Below are positions 52,911-64,000 of a stretch of DNA of 64,000 nucleotides, in pieces (position 1 is the stretch's first letter; each line of letters opens with the position of its first letter). The position numbers and the translations under genes were made by a program. Origin of the DNA: Blasia pusilla (lineage: Eukaryota). Location of the stretch: the NCBI GenBank assembly GCA_050084515.1, contig CM114271.1, forward strand, positions 22,568,001 through 22,632,000. Direction: 5' to 3'. The notes beneath the pieces are model-generated. The model made no database searches, had not been told where the DNA came from, and saw nothing but the letters and a program-made list of their open reading frames with translations.

Positions 52911-53873
52911 ATAGCAGGTTTCTCCTTTGTCTCGGCTCATTTGGAGCCATATAGAGAAACTTACTATTTTGGGTAAGTTTCTATATTTGGTATAGATGAC
53001 TTTCTACTTTGGGAAGTGGCCCTTGACTTGCTATAGTAGGTCAAGAGCCAAAGAGGTGACCTGCGAGCATAGGTTACCGAGGAGAGAGCTTGGAAGAGGG
53101 AAGGGGTTATACCTCCAACAGAGAGAGAGCTTGAGAGCTCATTCTCTCTTTGTTGAACCTCTTGGCATGAGGCGGCGGAACTATGGTCTTGCTTGCCTTA
53201 TGAGTGTAACCCAAGCCTCTCATTAGGAGAGTGGGTTTGGTTTGACATTGAGAGAGACATATGAGAGTGCACACATTTGAGAGCTATGGTGTTGAGAGAG
53301 ATTGAATCTACTTGATTTACAAATTAGAGATATTTTGGTACTTCTTATCTCATTGTTTGGATGCTATGAGTTAGCATAGGATCGTGCATGTTTGTATGTA
53401 TGTTCGGTGATAACAATGTATGTTGTGTAGCGATGTGTATGCGCACGACAGGTTTGTGTACGGGGTAGGGTACTTGAAGCCTTGAAGGGTAGAAGGGTTG
53501 GAGAGAAAGTAGAGGATAAGATAGTTATATTAGAGAATAGGTTAGTTACCAATGAGAGTAGAAGAAGTGGGGAAAGTATTGATGGAGAGAAGAAAAGAGA
53601 ATGTTAAAATATCATTGAATATGGTGGTTGTATTGGAAAATAGGTGGGTTGGAAATACAAGTTGATAAAGAAGTTAGGATAGGTGAAAAAAGGAATGGGA
53701 TAAGAGAACAAAATAAGATTTTCTAAATGGTGATTAGTGGAGATGGTTTAGGAAGAAATTGTAAGTGGGGATAGATGACGAAAAAGAATGAAGGATTTAT
53801 TCTCTTCCTTCCATCCTCCCCTATATAAACTTGCTCATTTTTTGTATACCCTCACAATCTTATTCCACCCTTC

Positions 53874-53875
<2 letters not shown>

Positions 53876-53919
<44 letters not shown>
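53876..53919. repeat. (CT)n microsatellite
   Basis: Direct read. Confidence 0.9.
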
Positions 53920-53921
<2 letters not shown>

Positions 53922-54199
53922 TATTTTTTGGAAGTTTTTTTTCTCCATAGATAGCTGAACTTAATAAGTGAGAATATGTTTTGGCACTGGATAACCCTAA
54001 TAATTAAAGGTATCTCGGTTATCTAGGTTAGCATATTAATCTTTCTTGTTCATAGTGAGTGTTCCACATTTGTTATTGGAGCATTCACATACAATATTTG
54101 GTATAATTTGCATACATTTTACTGGTCGATATATCCTACTATTGACATTGTAAAATTATTGCGAATTATCCAAAAATTATTGGGTGGGGTTAGTGTCTA

Positions 54200-56600
54200 C
54201 CTGTAGTCATGACCAGAGCCAAAGAACTCCAACAGATTGTAAAGGAACATTGGGAAGACGTACAAATGGAAGGTGGAACATCAAGCAAAAGGTAGTGTAA
54301 GTATTCTTCCTATTCTATGAAAACCTATCATAGCACGTGAATGGTGGAGTATTTTACAAGAGAGAAAAGAAAGACAAAGGATGGAAATCATGATACTCAT
54401 CATGCTAAATTATGCGTGAAGGTCCCTCCTAGTGTGCACCGAAATCTCCAAAATAGTATCCTTGTGGGAAATGGACAAAGAAGGAAAGTGAGACCCTCAA
54501 GTGAAGTGGAGGAGACGGGGCCATTACAAATAGGTTTGCAATAGACTTGAAATCATGCTTATATTGTGTCAAATGTTAATGGGGTTGCAAACACGCCACC
54601 GTGTGAGTCTCGAGGAATATAGAGGAGTTGTTGTGCCCATTCAATGGACTAGTAGTATTGGGAAGAAGTAAGCCGATCTCAGGGATTCTTTCAACATCCA
54701 AGGAATAGAAGTTGCAAATGATATGTGGGCAAAGGGTTTCTACAAATGTGGAATATCATTCAATATAGTACGGCAAGATGCTTTCAAAAAAGTGGCGACA
54801 ACAAATGTGAAGGGTTACTCAAGTCTTAGTTACAATTCGTTGCGCACCACTCTAGTTGAGAAACATGGAGGGAAGATAATTACGCTTGATAATTTGCGTT
54901 TGGAGGTCACGATCATCACAGATTATTGGACCAATATGAGGAGTAAGTCTTTGGTGAACATCATGGTCTTGTCTCCACAAGGTGAGGTGATGATTGAGTC
55001 GATAATCATCAAGGGGGAATCCCAAACGGTTGAATGGTTGGCAGGTCACATAGAGAGGACTATCATGCGCATCGGTCCAAAGAATGTATTGCAACTTGTG
55101 ATAGAAAATGCTAGCAATGAGCGAGCAGTAGGGAAACTTAATGAAGAAAATTTTCTTCATATTCTTTGGGATGGATATGTATCACATTCTCTTGATCTAG
55201 TATGTGAATAATGGGATAAATAGCCTTGAGTGGACAGGATTTTTGCACAAGCTCGTGAGATGGTAGTATTTGTGAAGACTAGAACTTGGATGATGACCAA
55301 ATTCATGGAAACCAATCTCGTGAAGAGACGATTGTTGCTTCCTGCATACACATGTTGGGACGTTTCTTGGAATTGAGGAAGGCATTCCATGTCATGGTTG
55401 CCACAAATGCTTTTAGGTAGTATTTCAATGGGAGGGATGCGAGGCAAAGGGAGAAGGCATGAGAGATTGAGACTATTGTGGCCAATCAATTGTTTTGGAT
55501 ACAAGGTGAGGAGTTGTTTGCTAAGGCTTTTCCAACTATTATTCTATTGAGGGAGTGTGATGGTCATAAAGCAATGGCAGGGCGTATTTATCACCGTATA
55601 TTTGAGAGAATGGAAGAGACCCATTCTTCTTTTGGAACTCTATCGCCCGATGTAGGTAGCAGGCGTTGCGGTTTTTTGTGACAATATCCAGAGCTATGGA
55701 CATGGTTAATATTATTTCTAGGCAATGGATCATGGTTGCACAAAAACGGACAAGTCCTTCCTTAGGACGGACATGGACGGACAAGTCTGGACATGTCCAC
55801 ATAAATGGGTTCCAAGATATGGGACCCATACTTTTAGTCCATGATGGAAGACAAGGCAAGGATGAGATGAGAAATGAGGGAGGAGGGAGTGAAGGTAGAG
55901 GGAGGAAGAAATGGGGAAGTATGGAACATAAAGCCAAGTAAGGAAAATGAGAAAGAAGGGAAAGGTGGGGCCCATACGGACAAGTCCTTCCATAGGACAA
56001 ACATAAGTCCACGGACATGGACATGTCCACGGACACGAACTTTATCCACATGCAACCTTATGATGGACACTTATCCACAACAAGTTACATGCAATAGGCT
56101 ACATTCTTGCCCCTTAAAATCTTCTTGATAATGTTCAAGACGTCACTTCAAATGCTAAGTGTATGAGAGAATTCAAAAAATGCTTGAAACTTTCTGCAAA
56201 GAGGATGCACGGCCTCGATGTCACCAAGGATAATTCTTATGTAGGTACTTGTTTGCGTGAGTTCGGAAACATTGTGAACTATCAGGAATTATTTGTGGAT
56301 GAGTTTGATATGGAAGTTGTCAATTCACTTAGCCCCTCTAATTGGTGGAGCATGCACAATCAAGGTGCATGAACATTGCACTCTATGGCTAAGTAGCACA
56401 AGTGGTTTCTTTCTCTTTAGTGGAGAGAAATTCGAGCAGTTATGGTTGTACCCACAACAAGCACATGAATAAATTGACCAACGAGTATGCAAGGGATTTG
56501 GTATACATGTACACAAACTCAAGGTTTGGAGACAAAAGTGTTTCGAAAAAATCAAGACAATCACTCTTGTACGAGTAATACTTTTATGAAAGGGATAGAG
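54200..56600 (+). pseudogene. Decayed hAT transposase (DUF659-type core, hATC remnant)
   Basis: FYKCGISFNIV, SYNSLRTTL, TIITDYWTN, IGPKNVLQLVIENASN, SHSLDL, SPSNWW; many stops. Confidence 0.75.
55731..56060. mobile_element. hAT-type MITE inserted in the decayed transposase
   Basis: TIR catggttgca...tgcaacctta; body similar to the 27395 copy; degenerate TSD caatggat/tgatggac. Confidence 0.82.
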
Positions 56601-57589
56601 AGGAACAAGCTAGAAGGGTTGTAGAAGATGGTAGTGAGTCTAGCTTACATGGAAGAAACCGTGATGGTAATCATGAAGATAACCTCGACTTGCAAGATGA
56701 GGACTTAGAGGATGTGGATGTGCTATGTGGAATTTATGCCACCAAAGGAAAAAAGGATACTCATATCGGCGATATTGAAAATTTTGACTCTGAGGGGCCT
56801 AGAAGAGACGAAGATGACGATGTAATGGAACATTGGATTTGAGAGCTCGAGGAAGAGCAAAAATGGAGGACTTCAATCCAAGAAAATCTCTGAGCATACG
56901 CTAATACAACCTACGACCCTCAGTTGTTGCACCGGTAGAGGGTATTCAAAATTATTCCAACGAGTCTAGTGAACCTATGAGGGATTCTCCTCCATAATAT
57001 TGAATGTTGAAATAGTGGACTTAATAGATGAGCCTCATGATAATGATATTCTTATACATGTTCCAAACTCTCAACCCATTAAGAATGGCATGGATAGTTT
57101 ATATATTTTCCGATGATGAAACAATTGCAATAGGAAATCATCGCTGACCCATCCCACTTAGAACTCTTGAGCCGCCAATCTACCGCCTAGATCTTAACCC
57201 ACCAAACCCAACCACAGACCTAGACTAGTAGAATAATTGGTGATTGTAGTGAAAAAGATTAGTAAATAGTTGTAGCAAACTTGTTTTATAAAGACTATTA
57301 TAAGAATGATATTTTATAGACATTCCTTTTTGTAACATTCTCACTAATAAAGCAATGATTTTTACATTGATGTTCAAATTGGAAAGTGTCATTTTATGGA
57401 GAGAAGATTTTATTTCACATTTAGTTTCAAAATATTTTCTATGCAAGTTATAGAAACTTTAAGACCAATGGAGCGATAGTTTCATGCTGAGTTATAATTT
57501 GTGGGGAAAAATGCTTCATCGATTAGTCGACCCATTTTTTGCTAGAAGGTTTACCGGCGGGCATCTATTTTTGTTATTTTTTTAACTTA

Positions 57590-59290
57590 AAAATTTTTGA
57601 GCTTTTGGTCACGACTCTATTTTGCTAGAAACTTTTCAAGAGAGCTAGATACACCACGCGGATCAAGTATACCAAATTTCACCTAAAGATGAGATACTTG
57701 GAAAATTTGTAAAATAAAAAGATACTCTTTTCATTGAAGGGTTAATGGTGTTTGTCCAAAAATGAGTTAACAATTTTTGAAGTTTTGATCACAACTTTAT
57801 TTTCCTTAAAAACTTTAATCGACAGTAATATACACCTTGCGGATCAAGTGTAGCAAATTTTAGCTCCAGATGAAATACTTGGAGAAGATGGAAAATGAAA
57901 AGAACCTATTTTCATTGAAGGTTTAATGACACCAGTCCAAAAATGAGTTAACAATTTTTGAACTTTTGGTCAGAACTCCATTTTGCGTGAAACTTTGCAA
58001 GAGAGCTACATACACCATGGGGATCAAATGCACCAGATTTTAGCTCTATATGAAATACTTGGACAAGATGGAAAATGAAAAGACTCTATTTTCCTTAAAG
58101 GTTTAATGGCGCGGGTGAAAAAATGAGTTAACAATTTTTTGAGCTTTTGGTCACAACTCCATTTTGCTTGAATATTTGCAAGAGAGCTACATAAACCATG
58201 GGAAATAAGTGTTCCAAATTTCAACTCCATATGAGAAGCTTGGACAAAATAGAAAATGAAAAGACTCTATTTTTATTGAACGTCTAATCGCGAAGGTAAA
58301 AAAATGAGCTAACAATTTTCGAGCTTTTGGTCATAACTCCATTTTGCTTGAAACTTTGCAAGAGAGCTATATACACCATGCGGATTAAGTGGACCAAATG
58401 TGAGCCTGAGATGAAATACTTGTACAAGATGGAAAATGAAAAGATCATATTTTCATTTAAGGTTGAATGATGTGGGTCCAAAGATGACTCAACAGTTTTT
58501 GAGCTTTTGGTCACAACTCCATTTTGCTTGAAATTTTGCAAGAGAGCTAAATACACCATACGGATCAAGTGGACCATATGTGAGTATAAGATGAAATACT
58601 TGTACAAGATGGAAAATGAAAAGATATTATTTTCATTGAAGGTTGAATAATGTGGGTCCAAAAATGACTTAACAATTTTTGAACTTTTGGTCATAACTCC
58701 ATTTTGCTTGAAACTTTGCAAGAGAGTTACATACACTTTGAGTATGATTTGTTTCAAATTTTAGCTCTAGGTGAGATACTTGGACCAGATGTAAAATGAA
58801 AAGACCTTTTCATTAAAGGTTTAATGATGCAGTTTAGAAAATGAATTAAAGATTTTTAAACTTTTGGTCAATACTCCAATTTTCTTGAAAATTTACGAGA
58901 AAGCTATATACACTATGGGGATCATCAAATTTCATCCTTAGATATGATACTTGAAAAATATGGAAAATTAAAAGACCTCATTTTCATTAAAGGTCTAATG
59001 GTGAGGATCCAAAAATGAATTAAAAATTTTTGAGCACTTAGTCACAACTCTATTTTGCTTGAAACTTTTCAAAAGAGCTACATAAATCATGGGGATCATG
59101 TGTACCAAATTTCAGCTCTAGATGAGATATACTTGGACAAGATGGATAATGAAAAGATATTCTTTTCATTAAAGGTTTAATGGCGGGTGTCAAAAAATAA
59201 GTTGATAATTTTTGAACTTTTGGTCACAACTCCATTTTTCAAAGACTGTATTTTCATTAAAGGTTTGATGGCGCACATAAAAAATGGAAC
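57590..59290. repeat. AT-rich tandem array, about 180-bp unit, 9-10 copies
   Basis: ttttggtcacaactccattttgc-like motif recurs at about 57604, 57783, 57964, 58145, 58325, 58505, 58685, 58862, 59037 and 59218. Confidence 0.92.
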
Positions 59291-59479
59291 TTTTTGCGAG
59301 TAAGGTCTTGTGATGGGAGATGGCCTTGTGATTGTTGGGGTCTAAGTTTTCACTCTGCTTTGCTATGCTTCCTGATTGGTAGCCGCTCAACGACGATCGA
59401 GTACCCTGTCATGATGTTCATAGTTGCAACGCGCCGTCGATTGTCGCACCATGCCGCTCGTAACTGTATCACACCATCT

Positions 59480-61250
59480 CGATCACGGAACAACACCAAC
59501 ACTGAGGAGCATACTGCATCCGTGTCTACTACACGCGATGTAGATGCCTCGATCCCGTCGGCTCAATAGGTGCAGAGGGAACCATGGATGGAGTCCTAAG
59601 CACCTCAGACAACAAGAATGACTGGGAAGCCTAGCTCGCCTCCCGGCCTCACCCCTCTGTGGGTCCAACTCACAAGAGCACCACGTGGCTCGACGCTCGA
59701 GTGGCTCCTCTGAATCGCGGTGATGCCTCAACTTTGTCCGCACTCGCCATATAAGAGAGATCATCCCCTCCATAAGAGGTGGAAGCCCTGCTCCCGAACT
59801 TGATCTATCTTTGGATACCACCATAGTAGCCAACTCTCGCTCCAATCTGCTCAATCTCGGCGACCATAGTCGACTCTGTCGTAGTGGTAGGGGTAGCCAC
59901 CGTAGGCTCTCCAACCACTGGTCCACCTCTACCACCCCTACCACCTCGGCCTCTCGGAGCTACTCCACCACGGCCACGGCCTGATCTCAACTCTGGATGA
60001 AGATCAAAGCAACGCTCTCGAGGATGACCTGGTCTCCGCAATGATCACACTGAGTTGGGGCCGATCGAGGCCCATCCTCCAAAGTCCGTCTCCCATCCTC
60101 TTGGGGACAAAACTTCCTAACATGATCACCTCCACATGTCCAACATGATCCTTCTGCGGGGCAGCAAATGAAGGCAATGGTCTCTGCACAAATGTCCTCT
60201 AGGACTTGATCGAGGTCGCGTGTACCCCCACGACTCCCACTACTACTACCACCACCACTACTACGAGATTGTGAGTGGGCCGCTGAACCCGAGAAGTAGT
60301 AGTTGTATCCCTTACTGAATGCGGATGTCACCACTCTCTCCTTCACCATGTTAAGCTCAATCTTCTCAGATAGAGCAAACACATGGGTCAATGTGGGTGA
60401 ATCATCACTCATAAGAGTAGCATCACGTACCCTACGGCGCAAATCTCTGTCCAAGATCCCATACCAAAACTAGATCGCTCGATCCTCAGTCACACCTGGG
60501 TAATCGAAATCAAGCGTCGATACGAGTGTATGCCTTACGAAGACTCTCACCACTCTTTCGCTCAAAGTCTTGAAGATTCCTCAACTTCTCCGTCTTCACT
60601 CCTCGATAGTTCTTCTTCAACCTCTTGAAGAACTGCAGCAACCGGTGAACGATGGTGGGGCACTAGTACCTCCACTAGTACCCCCACTAGTACCTCCATT
60701 GGTACCCCCACTCCCGGCTCGCACTCGTACCACTCAGCGTCGGGCTGGCTGGCATAGTAGGAGCACTACTACCAATACCACCATGGGTGATAGACACATA
60801 GCCTGGAGACCAATATTGTCTCCATGCCTCAATCTCAGCAACATGGTCCTTCCTAAACTCATGGTAATCATCCATGGGTGGTCCTTCCAAGTGCTGAAAC
60901 AACCCCTTCCAAGCCAAGAAGGGTGTAAACAACGTGCGTTCGCAACATCCTGCATATCACACCACGTATCAAACTCTTGCATGAAGTCCTCCAACTCAAT
61001 GGTGCCCACTGCACCTGAGTATCGTCGTGGGCCCTTCATGGCCCCATATCCACCGTCCATGTCCCAAATCAATGGAGCTGCAACACTCGATAACAACGTA
61101 GAAGACTCGGTGTTTGGAACACCCTGGTCCTCCTCTTCATCAACCGTCGGAAGTGGAAAAGGTAGCCGATACCTAAATCCACTCCGTGTGAAACCACCAC
61201 TGTCCGCACCACGGTCCCCAACCAGACCACCCGACAGCTCCGTGATGACC
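59480..61250 (-). pseudogene. gag: E4 gag remnant
   Basis: YSGAVGTIELEDFMQEFD, PMDDYHEF, CWTCGGDHVRKFC, CDHC...HPRERCFDLHPEL, GRGRGG tail. Confidence 0.82.
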
Positions 61251-64000
61251 AACGCCGATGCCGCACCACCACCAAATTACCCAAGTGACGTCGATGTCGC
61301 TCTACTATTGTAGCTCTACTAGCTATGGGTGTAGGCAATCTAACCTCTCATCACCACAAGAAGTCTCCCCACGTCTCCATCTGGTCATCACTCCACCTCA
61401 CTATCGTGAGCACACAGGAGTAACACTACTCGAAATCAGCGTCAACCCTAACAATGGGCGCAGAAGCAAGAAGCACGATGGAGGGGATCGGCATACGTGA
61501 AGTCCAACGACAACCCTCCAACCGCAAATGGAAATCAAGGTAACACAATCCACCAAACGTGGTGCCCCCGAATCCACAAAACCCACCACACAATTCTAAC
61601 GCAATAGCTACTCCGCGGGTCGATGACGTACTAGTCGAACTCGCAAAGACTGAAAATATCACCTACATGGAGAGGCTACACCGCACTATGCGCTAGAGGT
61701 ACATCAACCAAAAACCTGAGATGCATAAAGCGCCTAACACATCTCCGAACAAAGACCAAATGAGCTACAACAACAGACACTTGGCATAGTTAAGAACTCA
61801 ACAGATTAAGCGCCCTCCGCGAGAATAGCCCAAAGATGGGTGACCAGTTATGCAAAACTCAAATCCCAAATCCTGAAAAAATTGCCTCACGCCCAAGCAA
61901 GCAAGCTTGCTTGCTTGCTCCTTGCTCCTTACTCCGCATCTCACGCCCACTCGCCCCGAGCTACCACGAGTTGCCTCGAAGCCTCGAAATGCTCGAGACA
62001 TGCCCCTATCGCCCCGTTCGCCACGCTTCGCCATGCTTCGCTATGGAGAGAGGTCCAACCAGGGCGCCCCCAACGGGATAGGCATCTCCAACAATGAACA
62101 AGTCACCAACCAACCAGCCCCTCTGATCCGTTGTCCACCATAGCCAGACCTTGAGCTAGTCCGCAAAATTTCGATCAGAAATTACTTCACAAATACGTGA
62201 CCGAAATCAAATCTGTTTCGATCAAAATTCAATTGACCACCATTGCTATCTCCCCACAAAAACTCAGCTACAACCGAGCTCCGTACTCCGAGCTAAAAAT
62301 CAGACAAACTTGCTGTCCATACACCTCTAGAACCGCAAATCCGACAGCGCTTCCGCCAAGTTTCATGCACGCAGAAATCCGCAACGCTCCACACACTCGA
62401 GCACATAGCTTCACATGAGATCACAATACAAGTATCAATAGGAACCTCTCACCCGATCTGGATGAACTTCAACAGAGCTTCCGCAATCCAAGCTCTCCAC
62501 ATCAGAAAACTATCGAACACGAACCAGAATCTTCAATGCTTGATAACTTCCAACTCCCTTGACGAAATCCGCGATCTACAACAGCGTTGAAAGCTCTCAG
62601 CAAGGCGCTTCTTTCCCAACCAACAACGCACCTGATTCACACCTCCAACATAGGCAACAAGCCCCGAACATCCACGGCTGAGTACACAATCAGCCCTAAC
62701 CAGATCCTACTGATCTACAATCGAAGCTACCATCGATCTACTCCTGTTCTTTGAGTGAAATCCGTGAAAGACCTACTATCATAAAACACGTTTACAATCA
62801 CATACAATCGAGCCAAACCCACTCCACGATGGGAGAATCTAGGTAGAAGCTTGCGGGAAACACCATAGCCAAGAGCTCTACTCACTACCAAGGCTAACTC
62901 CCAACGCGAAGGCTCAACTCAAAGAATGATTGTTCTTTGAGTGCACTCCACCTTATATCCTCCAACCTAAGAGTGGGCCCCTATCGGGAAACTCACCCCA
63001 ACCGAGTAAGCCCCCAACCTGTATGGAACCGCATCTCTACCAAGCCACTACGGTCCTACATAAGGAATGTCCTCTACTAGCACACTATACTCTATGACAT
63101 AATCCGTATGGTCATGACAGTGATCCCCCCTCTTGATGTGGTTCCCACGGGACGATGGATGTGTCCGAGATGTGTATAGGGTAGTAGGTCATGTCAGAGA
63201 GATGTGATATTTTCTATCTGGAGTTGGGGGGGATCCAACTGCCAACTAGGGGGGCGGTTGTGTGATCTCCATGTATATGTATGAGTTGATTTTTGTACAT
63301 GTGTGGATCGACCCGTGTGAGGGAAGATCGGTGTTGTGTGGTGTAGATGTGATCAGCGATGTATATTATGTAGCGATAGGTATGCGCACGACACCTATGA
63401 CATATCCACGGAGATAGATAAAAAAAATGTGGGATCCACACTTATTGTTCATGATGGTAGGCACGACAAGGGTAAATGGGGTAATAAGGAGGGAGGGAGT
63501 GGAGGTGAAGGAAGGAAGAAACATTGGGTATGGAACACAAAGGCAAGTGGGAGGAATGAGAAAGAAGGGGAAGGTGAAACTCACATGGACAAGTCTTTCC
63601 ATAGGACGGACGTAAGTCCATGGACATTAATATGTCCGTAGACACGGACTTTGTCTGCATGCAATCTTGGAGATTAGCCATGGTTTGGATCAACCAACCA
63701 TGCATCTCCCGAGTCTTCTTGATAACTTAATCGATTTAGTTGGATCATATCACTTCAAAATATGAGCATATAGTAAAACCTTCTTCAATGCTTGAAATAT
63801 AGAGTTGTTGTGTAGTGAAATGATCCACTATGTATATTCCACTCTTATTAGTGTTAGAGAGAGTTTTATGAATATTAAGTAAATTAGTTTAAAAAAATAA
63901 TTTTTCATGTTCAAACCTCTTTATGATGCCTCATTTATGCAAGCCTAACTTTAGGAAAAGAGGTAATAAATGAGACATGGAAAAAAAAAGTGAAATAGTG

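Larger units (their letters stand above)
44141..53450 (+). mobile_element. E5: MTase/PHD Gypsy-like element of the E1 family, with an internal inversion
   Basis: Starts TGTTAC and ends GCGCACGACA, with 4-bp TSD ggtt (44137-44140 and 53451-53454). Shortened A1 44141-44435; gag, protease LLDS at about 47815, MTase, RT; B2 about 53322-53450. Confidence 0.82.
37838..63119 (-). mobile_element. E4: MTase/PHD Gypsy-like element inserted in the E3 PHD; itself rearranged and carrying further insertions
   Basis: TSD gtga (37834-37837 and 63120-63123; could be read as 5-bp gtgat). A1 62756-63119; 3' block B1 38314-38420, A2 37944-38311, B2 37838-37944. Confidence 0.9.
28830..63393 (+). mobile_element. 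E3: MTase/PHD Gypsy-like element (28830-37837 plus 63120-63393), interrupted by E4
   Basis: Starts TGTCAC and ends GCGCACGACA, with 4-bp TSD ccta (28826-28829 and 63394-63397). A1 is about 28830-29311; a single B lies at about 63257-63393 after purine tract taggggggcgg. Confidence 0.88.
28797..63669. mobile_element. hAT-type MITE split by E3 (halves 28797-28829 and 63394-63669)
   Basis: Left half catggttgcacaaaaacgga; right half matches the MITE body and ends tgcaatcttg; degenerate TSD tagataag/gagattag. Confidence 0.8.

Noticed and set aside
57590-59290. CRISPR array or coding repeat (ORF 58284-58757)
   Set aside because: Contiguous ~180-bp units with no unique spacers, no cas genes, eukaryotic context; the ORF is a by-product of the repeat.
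60570-61313. 247-aa plus-strand ORF with VPPL repeats
   Set aside because: Antisense to the E4 gag; the repeats mirror a short Gly-Thr-rich repeat on the coding strand.
37838-63119. DIRS/PAT/Ngaro (tyrosine recombinase) classification suggested by the split direct repeats
   Set aside because: No recognisable tyrosine recombinase. An aspartic protease (E1, E5), a DDE integrase in Gypsy order and 4-bp TSDs are present, and the MTase is C5-type, not the DAM-like type of DIRS.

Overview
Repeat-rich land-plant genomic DNA, probably from a non-seed plant (inferred from the spliced GH17 gene and the TE types; the species cannot be determined). There is one intact host gene, a 4-exon GPI-anchored GH17+X8 beta-1,3-glucanase (11713-14536, minus). 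The rest is mostly degenerate transposons: two hAT transposase remnants, a hAT MITE family, chromovirus and Copia remnants, and a ~180-bp tandem array. The main interest is four decayed copies (E1, E3, E4, E5; three sequence families) of an unusual Ty3/Gypsy-like retrotransposon. (i) A DNMT3-like C5 cytosine methyltransferase sits in pol upstream of RT. (ii) A PHD finger ends the DDE integrase. (iii) Instead of ordinary paired LTRs the termini are split direct repeats, A-internal-PPT-B-(2 nt)-A-B, yet the elements have TG...CA ends and 4-bp TSDs. (iv) The primer-binding site is complementary to the predicted transcript 5' end in all three families, which suggests Tf1-like self-priming. E3, E4 and E5 are nested inside one another within a MITE. 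The 39-46 kb region is indel-rich and contains a fold-back, so it may be partly an assembly artefact. Domain calls come from recognising motifs by eye, not from database searches.
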